Source: Candidatus Magasanikiibacteriota bacterium
GTDB lineage: Bacteria > Patescibacteriota > Patescibacteriia > Magasanikbacterales > UBA922
Length of the DNA: 64,000 nucleotides
Direction: 5' to 3'
Assembly (NCBI GenBank): GCA_021648085.1
Contig: JAKITS010000001.1
Location: 196,948 to 260,947 of the forward strand
Shown: positions 8,595-19,605 of the stretch, in pieces
Layout: the number at the start of each line of letters is the position of its first letter
Numbering within the stretch: position 1 is the stretch's first letter
Notes under the pieces: generated by a model
What the model was told of the DNA's origin: nothing
Seen by the model: only the letters and a program-made list of their open reading frames with translations
Databases searched by the model: none
Position numbers and translations under genes: made by a program

Positions 8595-10640
8595 ATGAGT
8601 TCAATAAAGAAGAAGTTGCGTGCAAAGACAAGGTGGGGAGTGATAGGAATTTTTGTGTTACTTTTGGCGACAGTTATTTTTGACGCGCCAAACTTGTTCA
8701 ACGGTTGGGTAGAAAGTATAAATAATAAAACAGGAATTGGAATCCCAATGGTTTTGGACAAGGAGTTTGCTTTAGGGTTAGACCTTCAAGGTGGAGCCCA
8801 TCTTGTATATCAAGCTGATGTTAGTCAGATAGATGTGGAAGATCGTGGCGATGCAGTAGAAGGTGTGAGAGATGTAATTGAAAGGCGTGTAAACGCAATT
8901 GGTGTGGGAGAGCCAAATGTACAAACAACAAAAGTTGGAGAAGATTATCGTGTAATTGTAGAATTACCAGGTGTCACAGATATACAAGAAGCAAAAGATA
9001 AAATTGGCGAGACTCCAATTTTGGAATTTAAAAAAGAAAACATAATTCCTCCGCGTGAACTAACAGAAGAGGAGAGAATAGAAATGGACGAGTTTAATAA
9101 AATAGCTCGTAAAAAAGCAGAAGGATATTTAACAGAAATTAAAAACGGTACAGACTTTGAAGAGTTTGCGGAGCAAAATTCAGAAGATGAACTAAGCAGA
9201 AATAATGGTGGATATTTAGGGTTTATTTCTAGTGTTGGTCCTTATGCAGATTTGTACAGTTGGGCTAGCTCTGTAAGCGATGGTTCTGTATCTCAAGAAT
9301 TACTAGAAACAAATCAAGGTTTTGCAATTGCAAAAAGAGGTGGGTCTACAGATGGGGATATGGAGGTTCGTGCAAGTCATATTTTGATTTGTTATCTAGG
9401 TGCTTCTAGGTGTGAGGGTGCGAATTATACAAAAACAGAAGCGTTGGCAAAAGCACAGAAAATTTTTGAGCAGGCAAATGCTGATAATTTTGCAGATTTA
9501 GCAATCCAATGGTCCACAGATCCAGGTTCAAAGGAAAATGGTGGAGATCTTGGGTTTTTTCCAAAAGAGGCAATGGTAGGCGATTTTGGAGAAGCTTCGT
9601 TTAATGCGAGTGTTGGAGAAATAGTGGGTCCAGTAGAAACTCAATACGGTTTTCATATAATTTATAAAACAGATGAAAAAATAAACCAAAACATAGAAGC
9701 TTGGTATTTGGTAGTCAGCACAAAATCAGAATTAGATATTTTACCACCACAAGATCCGTGGATGAATACAGGACTTTCTGGAAAACAATTGGAAAGAGCC
9801 GAGGTTGTAAGTAATCCAAACACTGGGGCTGTTCAAGTTTCACTTCAGTTTGATTCTGAAGGAACAGAATTATTTAAAAATATAACTACTGAAAATGTTG
9901 GAAAGCCGATTGCGATTTATTTGGACGGTGAGCCGATAAGTATCCCAAGAGTAAATGAGCCTATCACAGACGGTAGTGCTGTAATTAGTGGAAGTTTCAA
10001 CATTACAGAAGCAGGACTACTTTCACAAAGATTAAACGCTGGTGCACTTCCTGTTCCTGTTGAGATAATATCTCAACAAACAGTTGGTGCGACACTAGGT
10101 ATAGAATCTATGCAAAAAAGTTTGAAAGCTGCAGCGATTGCAATAGTACTGGTTATGATATTTATGATTGTGTACTATCGTATTCCTGGGTTAATTTCTG
10201 TTATTTCTTTATCACTTTATATATCACTTACACTTGCTTTGTTCAAGCTTATCGGTGTTACACTTACTTTGGCTGGAATTGCAGGTTTTGTACTTTCAAT
10301 TGGAATGGCTGTGGATGCAAATGTTCTTATATTTGAGAGGTTAAAAGAAGAGTTGAAATTGGGAAAGAGTTTGAAAACTGCCACAGAAGAAGGGTTTATT
10401 CGCGCTTGGAGCTCTATTCGAGATGGAAACATATCAACACTTATTACTTGTGCGCTACTTATTATGCTTGGTACAAGTTTTGTAAAAGGTTTTGCTATTA
10501 CACTTGGAATTGGTATATTTGTAAGTTTGTTCACAGCAATTACTGTCACAAGAGTTTTATTGAGATATATAGCTCCTTGGTTCAAAGAAAAAGGGAATAT
10601 GTTATTTTTAGGATATAGACCAAATAAAGATGCAAAATAA
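8595..10640 (+). CDS. secD: protein translocase subunit SecD with tandem parvulin-type PPIase domains inserted in the periplasmic P1 region
   Basis: MSSIKKKLRAKTRWGVIGIFVLLL TM1, LGLDLQGGAHLVYQ, P1 base (RVIVELPGV..ETPILEFK), then two parvulin-like units (..NGGYLGF.. and HILICYL..GGDLGFFPKEAMVGDFGEA..PVETQYGFHIIY), then conserved SecD end and TM bundle. ORF track start 8580; Met at 8595 preferred. Confidence 0.85.
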   Translation: MSSIKKKLRAKTRWGVIGIFVLLLATVIFDAPNLFNGWVESINNKTGIGIPMVLDKEFALGLDLQGGAHLVYQADVSQIDVEDRGDAVEGVRDVIERRVNAIGVGEPNVQTTKVGEDYRVIVELPGVTDIQEAKDKIGETPILEFKKENIIPPRELTEEERIEMDEFNKIARKKAEGYLTEIKNGTDFEEFAEQNSEDELSRNNGGYLGFISSVGPYADLYSWASSVSDGSVSQELLETNQGFAIAKRGGSTDGDMEVRASHILICYLGASRCEGANYTKTEALAKAQKIFEQANADNFADLAIQWSTDPGSKENGGDLGFFPKEAMVGDFGEASFNASVGEIVGPVETQYGFHIIYKTDEKINQNIEAWYLVVSTKSELDILPPQDPWMNTGLSGKQLERAEVVSNPNTGAVQVSLQFDSEGTELFKNITTENVGKPIAIYLDGEPISIPRVNEPITDGSAVISGSFNITEAGLLSQRLNAGALPVPVEIISQQTVGATLGIESMQKSLKAAAIAIVLVMIFMIVYYRIPGLISVISLSLYISLTLALFKLIGVTLTLAGIAGFVLSIGMAVDANVLIFERLKEELKLGKSLKTATEEGFIRAWSSIRDGNISTLITCALLIMLGTSFVKGFAITLGIGIFVSLFTAITVTRVLLRYIAPWFKEKGNMLFLGYRPNKDAK

Positions 10641-11556
10641 ATATATGAAAAAGAACTTTAAAATTGTAGATTATAGAAAGGTTAGTTTTACTTTTTCAGC
10701 TGTTATTGTTGGAATAAGTATAATTTTGCTTGCAGTGTTTGGTCTAAAACCAGGAATAGACTTTGCTGGCGGATCACTTATGGAGTTTGAGTTTGCGACA
10801 GAGCGACCAAACAACTCAGAGATAATGGAAGTTCTGGAAGGTTATGAAAGTGTAGCTGTTCAATCTGTGGATGAAAAAGGTGTTCTGATAAAAATGAAAT
10901 TTATTGGTGAGGAAGAACACAAAGATATATTGGAAAAAGTTAGGGCAAGTTTTGAAACAGAAGAAAATAGAGTTTTGGAACAGCGTTTTGAAACTATTGG
11001 ACCAACTATCAGTACACAGCTTAGAGAAAGGTCTGTTTATATTATTCTGACAGTTATAATCGCTATAGTTTTGTATGTGGCCTACGCCTTTAGAAGAGTT
11101 TCAAGACCGATCCAATCTTGGAAGTATGGTGTTTCTGCTATTATTGCATTGGTTCACGATGTTATTATTACTTTGGGTATATTTGCAATTTTAGGTAGGT
11201 ATTTTGGAGTAGAAATAAATGTGGCGTTTGTGGTGGCATTAATGACAATTTTAGGTTATTCTGTAAACGACTCTATTGTTGTATTCGATCGTGTTCGTGA
11301 AAATCTTATTAAAAAAGGAAGTGACAGATTTGTGGAATCTATCAATCAAGGTGTGCAAGATACAATCCCGCGCTCAATAAATACTTCTGCTACAACACTT
11401 TTAGTGTTAACAGCATTATTCTTGTTTGGTGGAGAGTCAATCCATTACTTCTCACTTGCACTTATAATTGGAATTTTGACTGGAACATATTCTTCAATAT
11501 TCTTAGCAGCACCGCTTTTGGCGACTTGGCAAGATTTGGCAAAACGAAAAAAGTAA
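10630..11556 (+). CDS. secF: protein translocase subunit SecF
   Basis: 308 aa, 6-TM SecF pattern, overlaps secD stop (alternative start 10645 MKKNFKIV). Confidence 0.85.
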   Translation: MQNKYMKKNFKIVDYRKVSFTFSAVIVGISIILLAVFGLKPGIDFAGGSLMEFEFATERPNNSEIMEVLEGYESVAVQSVDEKGVLIKMKFIGEEEHKDILEKVRASFETEENRVLEQRFETIGPTISTQLRERSVYIILTVIIAIVLYVAYAFRRVSRPIQSWKYGVSAIIALVHDVIITLGIFAILGRYFGVEINVAFVVALMTILGYSVNDSIVVFDRVRENLIKKGSDRFVESINQGVQDTIPRSINTSATTLLVLTALFLFGGESIHYFSLALIIGILTGTYSSIFLAAPLLATWQDLAKRKK

Positions 11557-11572
11557 AAAATATATAAATTCA

Positions 11573-11604
11573 AAAATCTCGCAATTAAGCGAGATTTTTA
11601 TTTG
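11573..11604 (+). terminator. rho-independent terminator
   Basis: aaaatctcgc-aattaa-gcgagatttt + tatttg. Confidence 0.7.
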
Positions 11605-11700
11605 TATTATTTCTTTATGGCATCTTGAGCAAAACTAAGTGGAGTCGAAAGATCCCTGTGCAATATCACAAAAACATAAATAATTAAAATAAAATATTAG

Positions 11701-12000
11701 TTCCTTTTTCTGTCATTTTGAATCAAAGCGGGGCTTGCCTGCCAGCAAGAATCCCTTAAACATTGATTTAAAAACATTCTTTTTTAACCATAACATCAAA
11801 ATGTTCTCACTTTACCTTTTGACACCAAGATGTAACCAAAAGTGCCGAACGGTTGATAATTTACGGCTTAATTTTTTATAAAGATTTATTTAACTCACCA
11901 CAGTTCGCTAAATTCGTTATTTTCTGTATTCTCAGAAAACCATAAATCTTTATAAAAAATTAGTCCAAAAATTTCAAATGTTCGGGAGGTTAGGGGGAAA
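11701..12000. repeat. dispersed intergenic repeat, family B, copy 2 (about 300 bp, long form)
   Basis: Aligns to 2371-2545 over its first about 175 bp and to 33015-33325 over its full length (including aaaaaattagtccaa...aaatttcaaatgttcgggaggtt..gggg tail). Confidence 0.8.
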
Positions 12001-12060
12001 AATAAGATATCGTATATATTATTTCTATGATATAATAAATTCATCATTATAATATAAAAT

Positions 12061-12210
12061 ATGATCAGACATTTTATTGCTTTTATTGGAGCTTTAGTAG
12101 CTCTGCTAATTTATTGGGTTGGTTATGTTTCTGGTGCCAACGGCTGGTTTTGGACAGCTATTGGAATTCTGATAGTATATACAGCTGTGTATAACTTGGT
12201 TGATGCTTAA
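12061..12210 (+). CDS. small membrane protein (49 aa, two predicted TM helices), not in ORF track
   Basis: ATG 12061..TAA 12208-12210: MIRHFIAFIGALVALLIYWVGYVSGANGWFWTAIGILIVYTAVYNLVDA; stop abuts the ATG of next gene (12213). Confidence 0.45.
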   Translation: MIRHFIAFIGALVALLIYWVGYVSGANGWFWTAIGILIVYTAVYNLVDA

Positions 12211-12212
12211 TT

Positions 12213-13613
12213 ATGACAAGTTTAGATTCATTTATAAAATTATTGATAGATTTTTTTTCGAGTCCTGTTGATGTTGTAATATTCAAATTATTTATTACAT
12301 TTGGTTGGGCTATTTTTGTGTGGCTTCTTTTGTTTGTTGCTATTTATTTTTATGTAGAATACAGACAGGGAAAATATATGAAAGATTGGAAGTGGGTTTT
12401 GCTTGCAATAGATATTCCAGCAAACAATGAACAGAGTCCAAAAGCAGTAGAACAACTTTTTGCTCATTTGGCAGGTGCACTAAATAAGCCAGATATTGCA
12501 GAAAAATATCGCGGTGGTTTTGTTCAGCGTTGGTTTAGTTTTGAGATTATTAGTATAGATGGTTATATTCAATTTTTGGTTCGCACAGAGGAGTCATTGC
12601 GAGATTTGGTAGAAGCTGCAATGTATGCTCAATATCCAGAAGCAGATATTACAGAAGTGGAAGATTATACAATAAATACACCAAAAAGTTTTCCAGATGA
12701 AGAATATGACATTTGGGCGGCAGATTTTGGTCTTGCTGAAAACAACGCTTACCCACTTCGTACTTACAGAGATTTTGAGCATTCTGTAGCAAGAACAGAA
12801 ACTACTGCACTTCGTGATCCAATGAGTGCTTTTTTGGAGAGTTTTAGTAGGATTGGTCAAGGTGAGCAAATGTGGTTTCAGATTCTAATTTCACCAATTT
12901 CAAATAATTGGAAAGAAAAAGCGATCAAAAAAATAAAAGAGATGATTGGTGAAAATTCTTCGTCAAAATCAATTGGAGACATGATGACAGATGCACCGTT
13001 AAAACTTTTGCAAGGTATTGGAGATCAATTTTTCACTACAGAATCAACTCCAACAAGACCAGAGCCTTTGAACAAGCTTTCTATGATGACTCCAGGACAA
13101 GTGAAACTTGTAGAAGCAATGGAAAATAAAATTAGTAAGATTGGTTTTAGGACAAAAATGAGAGGGGTGTATTTGGCTCGCAAAGAAGTTTTTAGACCAA
13201 ACAGAGGAGTCAGTGCATTAATGGGTGCTATTAATCAGTTCAATGTTCCAAGTGCAAACTCTTTAGTTCCAAAGAGTGGAGTAGGGGCATCATACTTTTT
13301 TACTAAAAATCGTTCAAACACAAAAAAGATAAATTTATTGAACTCTTACAAAAAAAGAAAGATTTCAAATGGTTCAGATCCTTTTGTTTTGAACATAGAA
13401 GAACTTGCAACTATTTGGCATTTTCCTATTTCCACAGTTAAAACTCCGCTTCTACAAAAATCAGAAGGCAAGAAATCAGAACCGCCAATTTCACTCCCAA
13501 TGGAAAGGGTGTTTGGTGAAACTGTATTAGAAGAAAAAATACCAGAAAATAAAAACTCATTCAAAACAGATGCCGGAGATTTTGGCTACGGCTCAGAAGA
13601 AAACTTTGGATAG
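12213..13613 (+). CDS. hypothetical membrane-anchored protein
   Basis: 466 aa, one N-terminal TM helix (FGWAIFVWLLLFVAIYFYV), no recognisable catalytic motif. Confidence 0.6.
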   Translation: MTSLDSFIKLLIDFFSSPVDVVIFKLFITFGWAIFVWLLLFVAIYFYVEYRQGKYMKDWKWVLLAIDIPANNEQSPKAVEQLFAHLAGALNKPDIAEKYRGGFVQRWFSFEIISIDGYIQFLVRTEESLRDLVEAAMYAQYPEADITEVEDYTINTPKSFPDEEYDIWAADFGLAENNAYPLRTYRDFEHSVARTETTALRDPMSAFLESFSRIGQGEQMWFQILISPISNNWKEKAIKKIKEMIGENSSSKSIGDMMTDAPLKLLQGIGDQFFTTESTPTRPEPLNKLSMMTPGQVKLVEAMENKISKIGFRTKMRGVYLARKEVFRPNRGVSALMGAINQFNVPSANSLVPKSGVGASYFFTKNRSNTKKINLLNSYKKRKISNGSDPFVLNIEELATIWHFPISTVKTPLLQKSEGKKSEPPISLPMERVFGETVLEEKIPENKNSFKTDAGDFGYGSEENFG

Positions 13614-13634
13614 GAAATAAATTTTAAATAAAAA

Positions 13635-13663
13635 AACCTGCTTTTTACAACAGGTTTTTTTGT
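13635..13663. terminator. bidirectional rho-independent terminator
   Basis: aaaaaaacctg-ctttttacaa-caggttttttt between convergent genes. Confidence 0.75.
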
Positions 13664-13673
13664 TTATTTTTCT

Positions 13674-15119
13674 CTAAGCTCTAGCAAGTGTTTCTTTTTT
13701 ATCCATCTTTTTCAACAAGTGAGTCAAAATAGGTGGAGTGAGAAGTGTGGTCAAAATAACCATAATTACGATTATAGAGAATACTTCGTCAGAAACAACT
13801 CCTAGAGTTTTTCCAATTGTTGCAAAGATAAGCCCAACTTCACCACGAGGCACCATTCCAAAACCAATCAAAGCTTTGTTTACACCTTTTCCAGCGGCGT
13901 AACCAGCGATGATTTTTCCGAAAAATGCTACAACTGTTAAAGTCAGAGCAACTGCCAAAACCTTGATATCAAACATCGTCTCAATTTTTACAGTCATGCC
14001 TGTCACAACAAAGAAAATAGGTATTAAGAAGTGCCCAATTGGATTTATAAGCTCGTCTATATGATGATCTGAATATTTATTTATGGCGCGCGTCACCTTT
14101 GCCTTTAGAGCTGGCTCCGCATCTTGTACAGCTTCTTTTACATGGCTTACAACCTCTGGATCTTTGAAAAATCTAAAGTGAACAGAATCTAAAATTAATC
14201 CTGCTGCAAAAGCACCAACAATAGGAGCAAGTCCAATAATAGAAGCAAGATAAGCAAATATAAGACCAAATGAAATTATAATTGTAAATTTCATTCCAAC
14301 ACCAGAGTGAATTTTTGAAAACAATTTTCCAATATGTTTTGCAAGTAATTGACCTAAAACAATTGAACCAACAAGGAACATAATTGCTTTTGCAGTGATT
14401 AAAGTAATAGTTCCTAAACTCACTGCTCCAGCCGTCACAAGTGCAGAAATAACTGCCAAAATAATAAGTCCTAAAACATCGTCAATTACAGCAGCGCCAA
14501 GTACAATCTGTGCTTCTTTCATTTGTAGTTTTCCTAAATCTTGGAAAACTCTAGCTGTAATTCCTACAGAGGTTGCTGTAAGTGCAGCTCCTAAAAATAA
14601 GTAAGCATTTGGATCTAAACCAGGCATAAGCCAAGGCCCCACAATATAAGCTCCAAGTATAAAAGGTAGAACAACACCAACAATTGCAACCATTAATGCT
14701 TTGGTCCCAACTTTTTTCATTTCGCTTATTTTTGATTCCAATCCTATTTGGAATAGTAAAATTACAACTCCTAATTCTGCCAAAAATGTAATAATAGAAT
14801 CGTGTTTTATTGGCTCAAACCAGTGAATTCCAAGTAGTGCAATATTTCCCAAAATAACACCCATTACCAATTCTCCCAAAACAGACGGTTGTCCAAATTT
14901 CTCAATTAAGCTAGATATTTTTGCAAATATCAATATCACAGCAATCCACAAAAAAGTAGATGCAAGTGCTCCGTGACCTTCTACAGCGCCTTCACCAGCT
15001 TTTGCAATAAAAGGTGCGACAGCGTATACAAAAAGTGAAAAAAATAAGGCTTTTTTTACAAACCTTTTAGATTTTGAGGGATTAAATTTCCCGCGAAGTG
15101 TCTTGAGTATGGAATTCAT
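13674..15119 (-). CDS. cation:proton antiporter, CPA2 family (Kef/NapA-like)
   Basis: 481 aa, 12-13 TM helices, GELVMGVILGN.. and glycine-rich helices typical of Na+/H+ exchanger family. Confidence 0.75.
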   Translation of the reverse strand: MNSILKTLRGKFNPSKSKRFVKKALFFSLFVYAVAPFIAKAGEGAVEGHGALASTFLWIAVILIFAKISSLIEKFGQPSVLGELVMGVILGNIALLGIHWFEPIKHDSIITFLAELGVVILLFQIGLESKISEMKKVGTKALMVAIVGVVLPFILGAYIVGPWLMPGLDPNAYLFLGAALTATSVGITARVFQDLGKLQMKEAQIVLGAAVIDDVLGLIILAVISALVTAGAVSLGTITLITAKAIMFLVGSIVLGQLLAKHIGKLFSKIHSGVGMKFTIIISFGLIFAYLASIIGLAPIVGAFAAGLILDSVHFRFFKDPEVVSHVKEAVQDAEPALKAKVTRAINKYSDHHIDELINPIGHFLIPIFFVVTGMTVKIETMFDIKVLAVALTLTVVAFFGKIIAGYAAGKGVNKALIGFGMVPRGEVGLIFATIGKTLGVVSDEVFSIIVIMVILTTLLTPPILTHLLKKMDKKETLARA

Positions 15120-15236
15120 ACTATTTTTTTAGAGTTAAAAATAATGTTATAATTTTAATCTTTTTTTATTAAATTGTCAATTATTTTTTTAGCTTGATAT
15201 TTTTGTGGATTCAAGTATATTATAAGTATATAAATT

Positions 15237-17054
15237 ATGGCAGATACAAATACACAATTGATAAAAGACAAAATAGATGTGGGTGATTTGGTAGGTGAAT
15301 ATGTAAAGCTAAAACCTGCAGGAACAAACTTGAAAGGTTTGTGTCCTTTTCATTCCGAAAAAACAGGGTCTTTTATGGTGAGCCGAGAAAAGCAGATTTG
15401 GCATTGTTTTGGTTGTAGTAAAGGAGGGGACATTTTTACTTTTATTCAAGAAATAGAAGGAATGGATTTTGTGGAAGCTTTGCGACTTTTGGCGAACAGG
15501 GCTGGGGTGGAGATGGAAACTTACAAAAGCGAAATAGATAAAAGTCAAAAAAATAGATTGTTCGAAATAAATATTCAGGCACTTAGATTTTTTTATAATT
15601 TTCTAGAAAAAATGCCAACGGCTAAGCCTGCGAGAGATTATTTGAAAAATAGAGGATTGATACAGGAAACAATAGACGAGTGGAGAATTGGTTTTGCACC
15701 AGATCAGTGGAGTTTGCTGACAAATTATCTGCTCAAAAAAGGATTTTCAATAGACGATTTGGTGTTTTCCGGTTTGACTATAAAAAAAGATGGGGCAAAT
15801 TCTATGAGTGGGCGAGGTTTTTATGATAGATTTCGAGGAAGAATTATGTTTCCAATTTGGGATATAAACAATAATGTAGTTGGTTTTACGGGTCGTGTAT
15901 TAGTAGAAACAGAAAAGAGTGGGGGAAAATATGTAAATACTCCGCAAAGTCCTGTTTATGATAAATCTGCTGTGGTTTTTGGATTGAATAAAGCAAAGCA
16001 AATAATAAGAAAACAAAAAAAAGTTTTGGTGGTAGAAGGGCAAATGGATGTGATAGCTTGTTGGCAGGCAGATATGAGATATGTTGTGGCAAGTAGTGGT
16101 ACGGCGCTCACTGAAAGGCAAATTAAACTTTTGAAAAGATATGCGCCAGAAATGATAATGAGTTTTGATGCTGATAATGCTGGACAAATTGCAGCAAAAA
16201 GAGGTGTGGATATTGCAAGAACTCAAGAAATGAGTGTAAAAGTTGTAATGCTCCAAGAAGAGTTTGGTAAAGATCCAGACGAAGCTATAAAAAAAGATAA
16301 AGAAAAATGGTTTGAATTGGTGGATGGTGCAAAAGATGTAATGGATTGGAATTTTGAGAGAATTTTCAAAGGAAAAGATGTAAATAATCCAAAAGATAAA
16401 CAAAAAATAGCAGAGGATTTGCTTTTGGAAATCTCATTTATTCCAAAAGAGATTGAAAAAGATCATTGGATGCAAAAACTTTCTTCGGAGTTGGGTGTGG
16501 ATATTTCAGTTTTACGAGATGAGGCGAAGAGGTTATTTTCTTTGCAGAAAAAAAGATTTAGAAAGGTGGAGGATAAACAAAAAGAAGAGGAAGAAACTGA
16601 AATAAAAAAAAATAGACTAGATTTGCTTATTGAAGAGGTTTTACTTTTACTTTTTAAGTTTCCAAAAACAGCAGAATTAGTATTTAAAAATTTAGAAGAA
16701 AAGTATTTCTCTGGTTCCGAGTATAAAAAACTTTACGAATTGCTGAAAAAAGAGTATACTAAGTCTTGTGATTTTGATTTTACAAAAATACAAGATTATT
16801 TTGTTTTCAAAGATGCAGAAATTTTAACTAAAATTTTAATTTTAGAAGGAAAAGGAAGCAAAGAAATTTATAATTTTAACAAAGACAAAGCAGAGGTAGA
16901 CATTATATTTGCAATAAAAGAAATAAAAGAAGATTGGAAAAAGGAACAACTTCAAAAACTGCAAATATTACTAGATAGAGCACAGAATAAGGGGGATAAT
17001 CAAAAAACCTCAGAACTTTTGTTAGAATTAAATAAAATGTTAAAAAAGAATTAA
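15237..17054 (+). CDS. dnaG: DNA primase DnaG
   Basis: Zinc finger [28 protein letters not shown]-polymerase domain, [24 protein letters not shown]. Confidence 0.9.
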   Translation: MADTNTQLIKDKIDVGDLVGEYVKLKPAGTNLKGLCPFHSEKTGSFMVSREKQIWHCFGCSKGGDIFTFIQEIEGMDFVEALRLLANRAGVEMETYKSEIDKSQKNRLFEINIQALRFFYNFLEKMPTAKPARDYLKNRGLIQETIDEWRIGFAPDQWSLLTNYLLKKGFSIDDLVFSGLTIKKDGANSMSGRGFYDRFRGRIMFPIWDINNNVVGFTGRVLVETEKSGGKYVNTPQSPVYDKSAVVFGLNKAKQIIRKQKKVLVVEGQMDVIACWQADMRYVVASSGTALTERQIKLLKRYAPEMIMSFDADNAGQIAAKRGVDIARTQEMSVKVVMLQEEFGKDPDEAIKKDKEKWFELVDGAKDVMDWNFERIFKGKDVNNPKDKQKIAEDLLLEISFIPKEIEKDHWMQKLSSELGVDISVLRDEAKRLFSLQKKRFRKVEDKQKEEEETEIKKNRLDLLIEEVLLLLFKFPKTAELVFKNLEEKYFSGSEYKKLYELLKKEYTKSCDFDFTKIQDYFVFKDAEILTKILILEGKGSKEIYNFNKDKAEVDIIFAIKEIKEDWKKEQLQKLQILLDRAQNKGDNQKTSELLLELNKMLKKN

Positions 17055-17083
17055 TTTTAAATTTAAAGTATTGGCTAATATTT

Positions 17084-18433
17084 ATGCCAGCTAAAGCTAA
17101 AAAAACTACAACTCAAAAGGGGGATAAAAAAACTGCTAAAAAGGCAGTTCAAACACGTTTAACGGTCAAAAAACCAAAGAACGACAAAAAAACTTCAGTA
17201 AAAAAACAGGCAACAAAAAAAGTTGTTACAAAAAAAATAAAAGCTAAAACTTCTAGAAAACCTAGAAGTATTAAAGATGTAGAAAAAAAGGTGCAAAAAA
17301 GATCTATAATCAAAAAATCTGATCTGCCACCCCCACCGTCTCAATTGCAAGTAATGTCATTGATACAAAAAGGTAGGGGTAGGGGTTTTTTGATAGAAAT
17401 AGAAGTTTTGCGTATATTCCCACATTTAGAAAGATATTTACCACTTTATCTGTGGTTTTTGGATGAATTGGATGTAAATAGTATTACTATTACAGAATCC
17501 AAAGATGGTGGAATTTTGGGAGACAGAAGTCGACACAATGAACTTTTGGAAGGTTTACAAGGAAAACATCCAGATACGGCTGGTGGTAAATTCGATCTAA
17601 GTTCAATTGCTCAGGATTCTATTCAAATGTATTTGCGTGAAATAGGAAAAATTCCTTTGCTTACTGCAGAAGAGGAGGTTTCACTTGCAAAGAGAAAAGA
17701 AAGGTTTGATAAAGAAGCTGAAAAGAAAATGATTGAGGCAAACTTGCGTTTGGTAGTTTCAATTGCAAAAAGGTTTGTTGGAAAATCTTTAACACTTTTA
17801 GATTTAATTCAAGAGGGGAACATTGGACTTTTTCGCGCAGTGAAAAAGTTCGATTATAGGCGTGGTTATAAATTTTCTACTTATGCAACTTGGTGGATTC
17901 GCCAGGCTATTACTCGCGCATTGGCAGACCAATCTAGGACAATTCGTATTCCGGTGCATATGGTAGAGACTATCAACAGATTTCAACAAATGCAAAGAAG
18001 ACTTTTGCAAGATTTGGGGCGTGACCCAACTCCAGAAGAGCTTGCTGCAGAAATGGATGAGTCTTTGGTAAAAATTAAACACATTATAAAAATTTCTCAA
18101 GGAACCGTTTCTCTTGAGACTTCTGTGGGAGATGATGATGATGATTCATCACTTTCAGACTTTATAGAAGATGTCAAAAATATGACACCTTCTCAAAGTG
18201 CTGGTCGTGGAATTTTGCGTGGTTATATTCGCGAAGCTATTTCAGATCTTTCTGCTCGTGAACAAAAGATCTTGGAAATGCGTTTTGGATTGACCGACGG
18301 AGTCACACATACTTTGGAAGAGGTTGGTAGAGAGTTTGATGTGACACGCGAGCGTATCCGTCAGATCGAGGCAAAAGCTCTAGAGCGTATCCGCGGTTTT
18401 GATATTGTGGATAAGTTGGCGGATTATTATTAG
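17084..18433 (+). CDS. rpoD: RNA polymerase sigma factor RpoD (sigma-70) with about 80-aa lysine-rich N-terminal extension
   Basis: Regions 1.2-4 present ([72 protein letters not shown]); dnaG-rpoD gene order conserved. Confidence 0.9.
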   Translation: MPAKAKKTTTQKGDKKTAKKAVQTRLTVKKPKNDKKTSVKKQATKKVVTKKIKAKTSRKPRSIKDVEKKVQKRSIIKKSDLPPPPSQLQVMSLIQKGRGRGFLIEIEVLRIFPHLERYLPLYLWFLDELDVNSITITESKDGGILGDRSRHNELLEGLQGKHPDTAGGKFDLSSIAQDSIQMYLREIGKIPLLTAEEEVSLAKRKERFDKEAEKKMIEANLRLVVSIAKRFVGKSLTLLDLIQEGNIGLFRAVKKFDYRRGYKFSTYATWWIRQAITRALADQSRTIRIPVHMVETINRFQQMQRRLLQDLGRDPTPEELAAEMDESLVKIKHIIKISQGTVSLETSVGDDDDDSSLSDFIEDVKNMTPSQSAGRGILRGYIREAISDLSAREQKILEMRFGLTDGVTHTLEEVGREFDVTRERIRQIEAKALERIRGFDIVDKLADYY

Positions 18434-18524
18434 GAAGTTCACATTTAATATAAAATATAATTATTATTTTAAATATATTTCGGATAATAAACTAGTTAGT
18501 CAAAATCACTCCATTCGGCTGTGT

Positions 18525-18676
18525 ATTTTGATTAACGTGGCGCGGATACTCATCATTTGTTAAATTTACCACTCCCTTCGGCAGTGACTTCGCCTAACAG
18601 CGGATATCCAAAATTTCTTTCCGCAAACCCTTCGGGATTTGCTCCAAGAAACTTCGGATCATCCGCGCCACGTTAG
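18525..18676. ncRNA. candidate structured RNA / large imperfect palindrome (unassigned)
   Basis: Perfect 14-bp inverted repeat aacgtggcgcggat (18527-18540) ... atccgcgccacgtt (18659-18672) enclosing about 118 nt with three cUUCGg-type hairpins (cccttcgg, cccttcggg, aaacttcgga); local GC well above window average. Confidence 0.25.
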
Positions 18677-18736
18677 CTGAAATTGCGCTAATTTAAATAG
18701 TCATTTATAATCAAATTATTCTTAATAAAACAACGT

Positions 18737-19201
18737 ATGCAATCAAACACGTCAAAAATCGTTCTCGCTGTAATCATTACGGCAATCGTAGTTGGGGGAG
18801 GAGTTTACTATTGGCAGTCATATCAAACAGCCGAGCCAGACAGCGCAACACAATCGCTATCAATCCGGTCTGGCATGGAAACATATTCATCTGAAAAATA
18901 CTCTTTTAATTATCCAAATAGCTACACAGTTACACTAGTAACACAATCATTCCCAGCTTTGACAGTGGAAAAAGCAGGAAATAAAAGAGTGGAAATTTTT
19001 CAGATGAAAGACTTTGGAGATCGTCCATGGGGCTTTGAAGGTACTGAAACACAAGAAGATATTGATGGTTACGTGCCAAAGAAAACCCTAACTGTAGGTT
19101 CTGGTGACAATCAGTACGAAGTCTGGCTCTATTACAGCGAGAATGACAGCCAAACTAAAAAAGAAGTGAAAGCGATTTTTGACTCAATAGTTGTTAAATA
19201 A
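18737..19201 (+). CDS. hypothetical secreted/membrane-anchored protein
   Basis: 154 aa, N-terminal TM/signal anchor (IVLAVIITAIVVGGGVYYW). Confidence 0.55.
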   Translation: MQSNTSKIVLAVIITAIVVGGGVYYWQSYQTAEPDSATQSLSIRSGMETYSSEKYSFNYPNSYTVTLVTQSFPALTVEKAGNKRVEIFQMKDFGDRPWGFEGTETQEDIDGYVPKKTLTVGSGDNQYEVWLYYSENDSQTKKEVKAIFDSIVVK

Positions 19202-19387
19202 ATTAGCTCAACATCAGCTAACAGTGTATAACCGGCTCATTCATTCCGCTTTGCTCTATTCATTCGCGCAAATTGGTTGGTTATAAACATACTCCAATAC
19301 AATATTATATAGCCAGCCAACTTCGGTTATACACAAATATTAGCTGAAATATGCTTTTCCTTTTAGGGCTATCGCCTTCGCTTTCCC

Positions 19388-19410
19388 AAAATGGACAAAA
19401 TTGATTTTTT
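19388..19410. repeat. left arm of 23-bp perfect inverted repeat (AAAATGGACAAAATTGATTTTTT)
   Basis: Exact reverse complement at 20316-20338; flanking about 50 bp also similar (gcttttcctttta block). Confidence 0.8.
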
Positions 19411-19482
19411 TATTTTTAATAAAAAAGTAATTGAGTTTTCTCCGCTACACTCCAAAAACAATTACTAAATAATCATAATTAA

Positions 19483-19602
19483 TATGTCTGCCAAAAAGAA
19501 AACCCCATCAATATCCCGTGAAGAAATGTGGCGTGAAATAAGAGAAAAAAATGAAAAAAACCATTCTTTTTTGAACACAGCAAAACAGCTCTCGCATTTG
19601 TA
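19483..19602 (+). CDS. small basic ORF (39 aa) inside IR-flanked cassette
   Basis: MSAKKKTPSISREEMWREIREKNEKNHSFLNTAKQLSHL; not in ORF track (too short). Confidence 0.25.
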
Positions 19603-19605
19603 ATC

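Noticed and set aside
15120-15236. Divergent promoter region between the antiporter and dnaG
   Set aside because: Several TTGNNN / TATNNT combinations are possible in this very AT-rich spacer, but none has convincing spacing, so no promoter is called.
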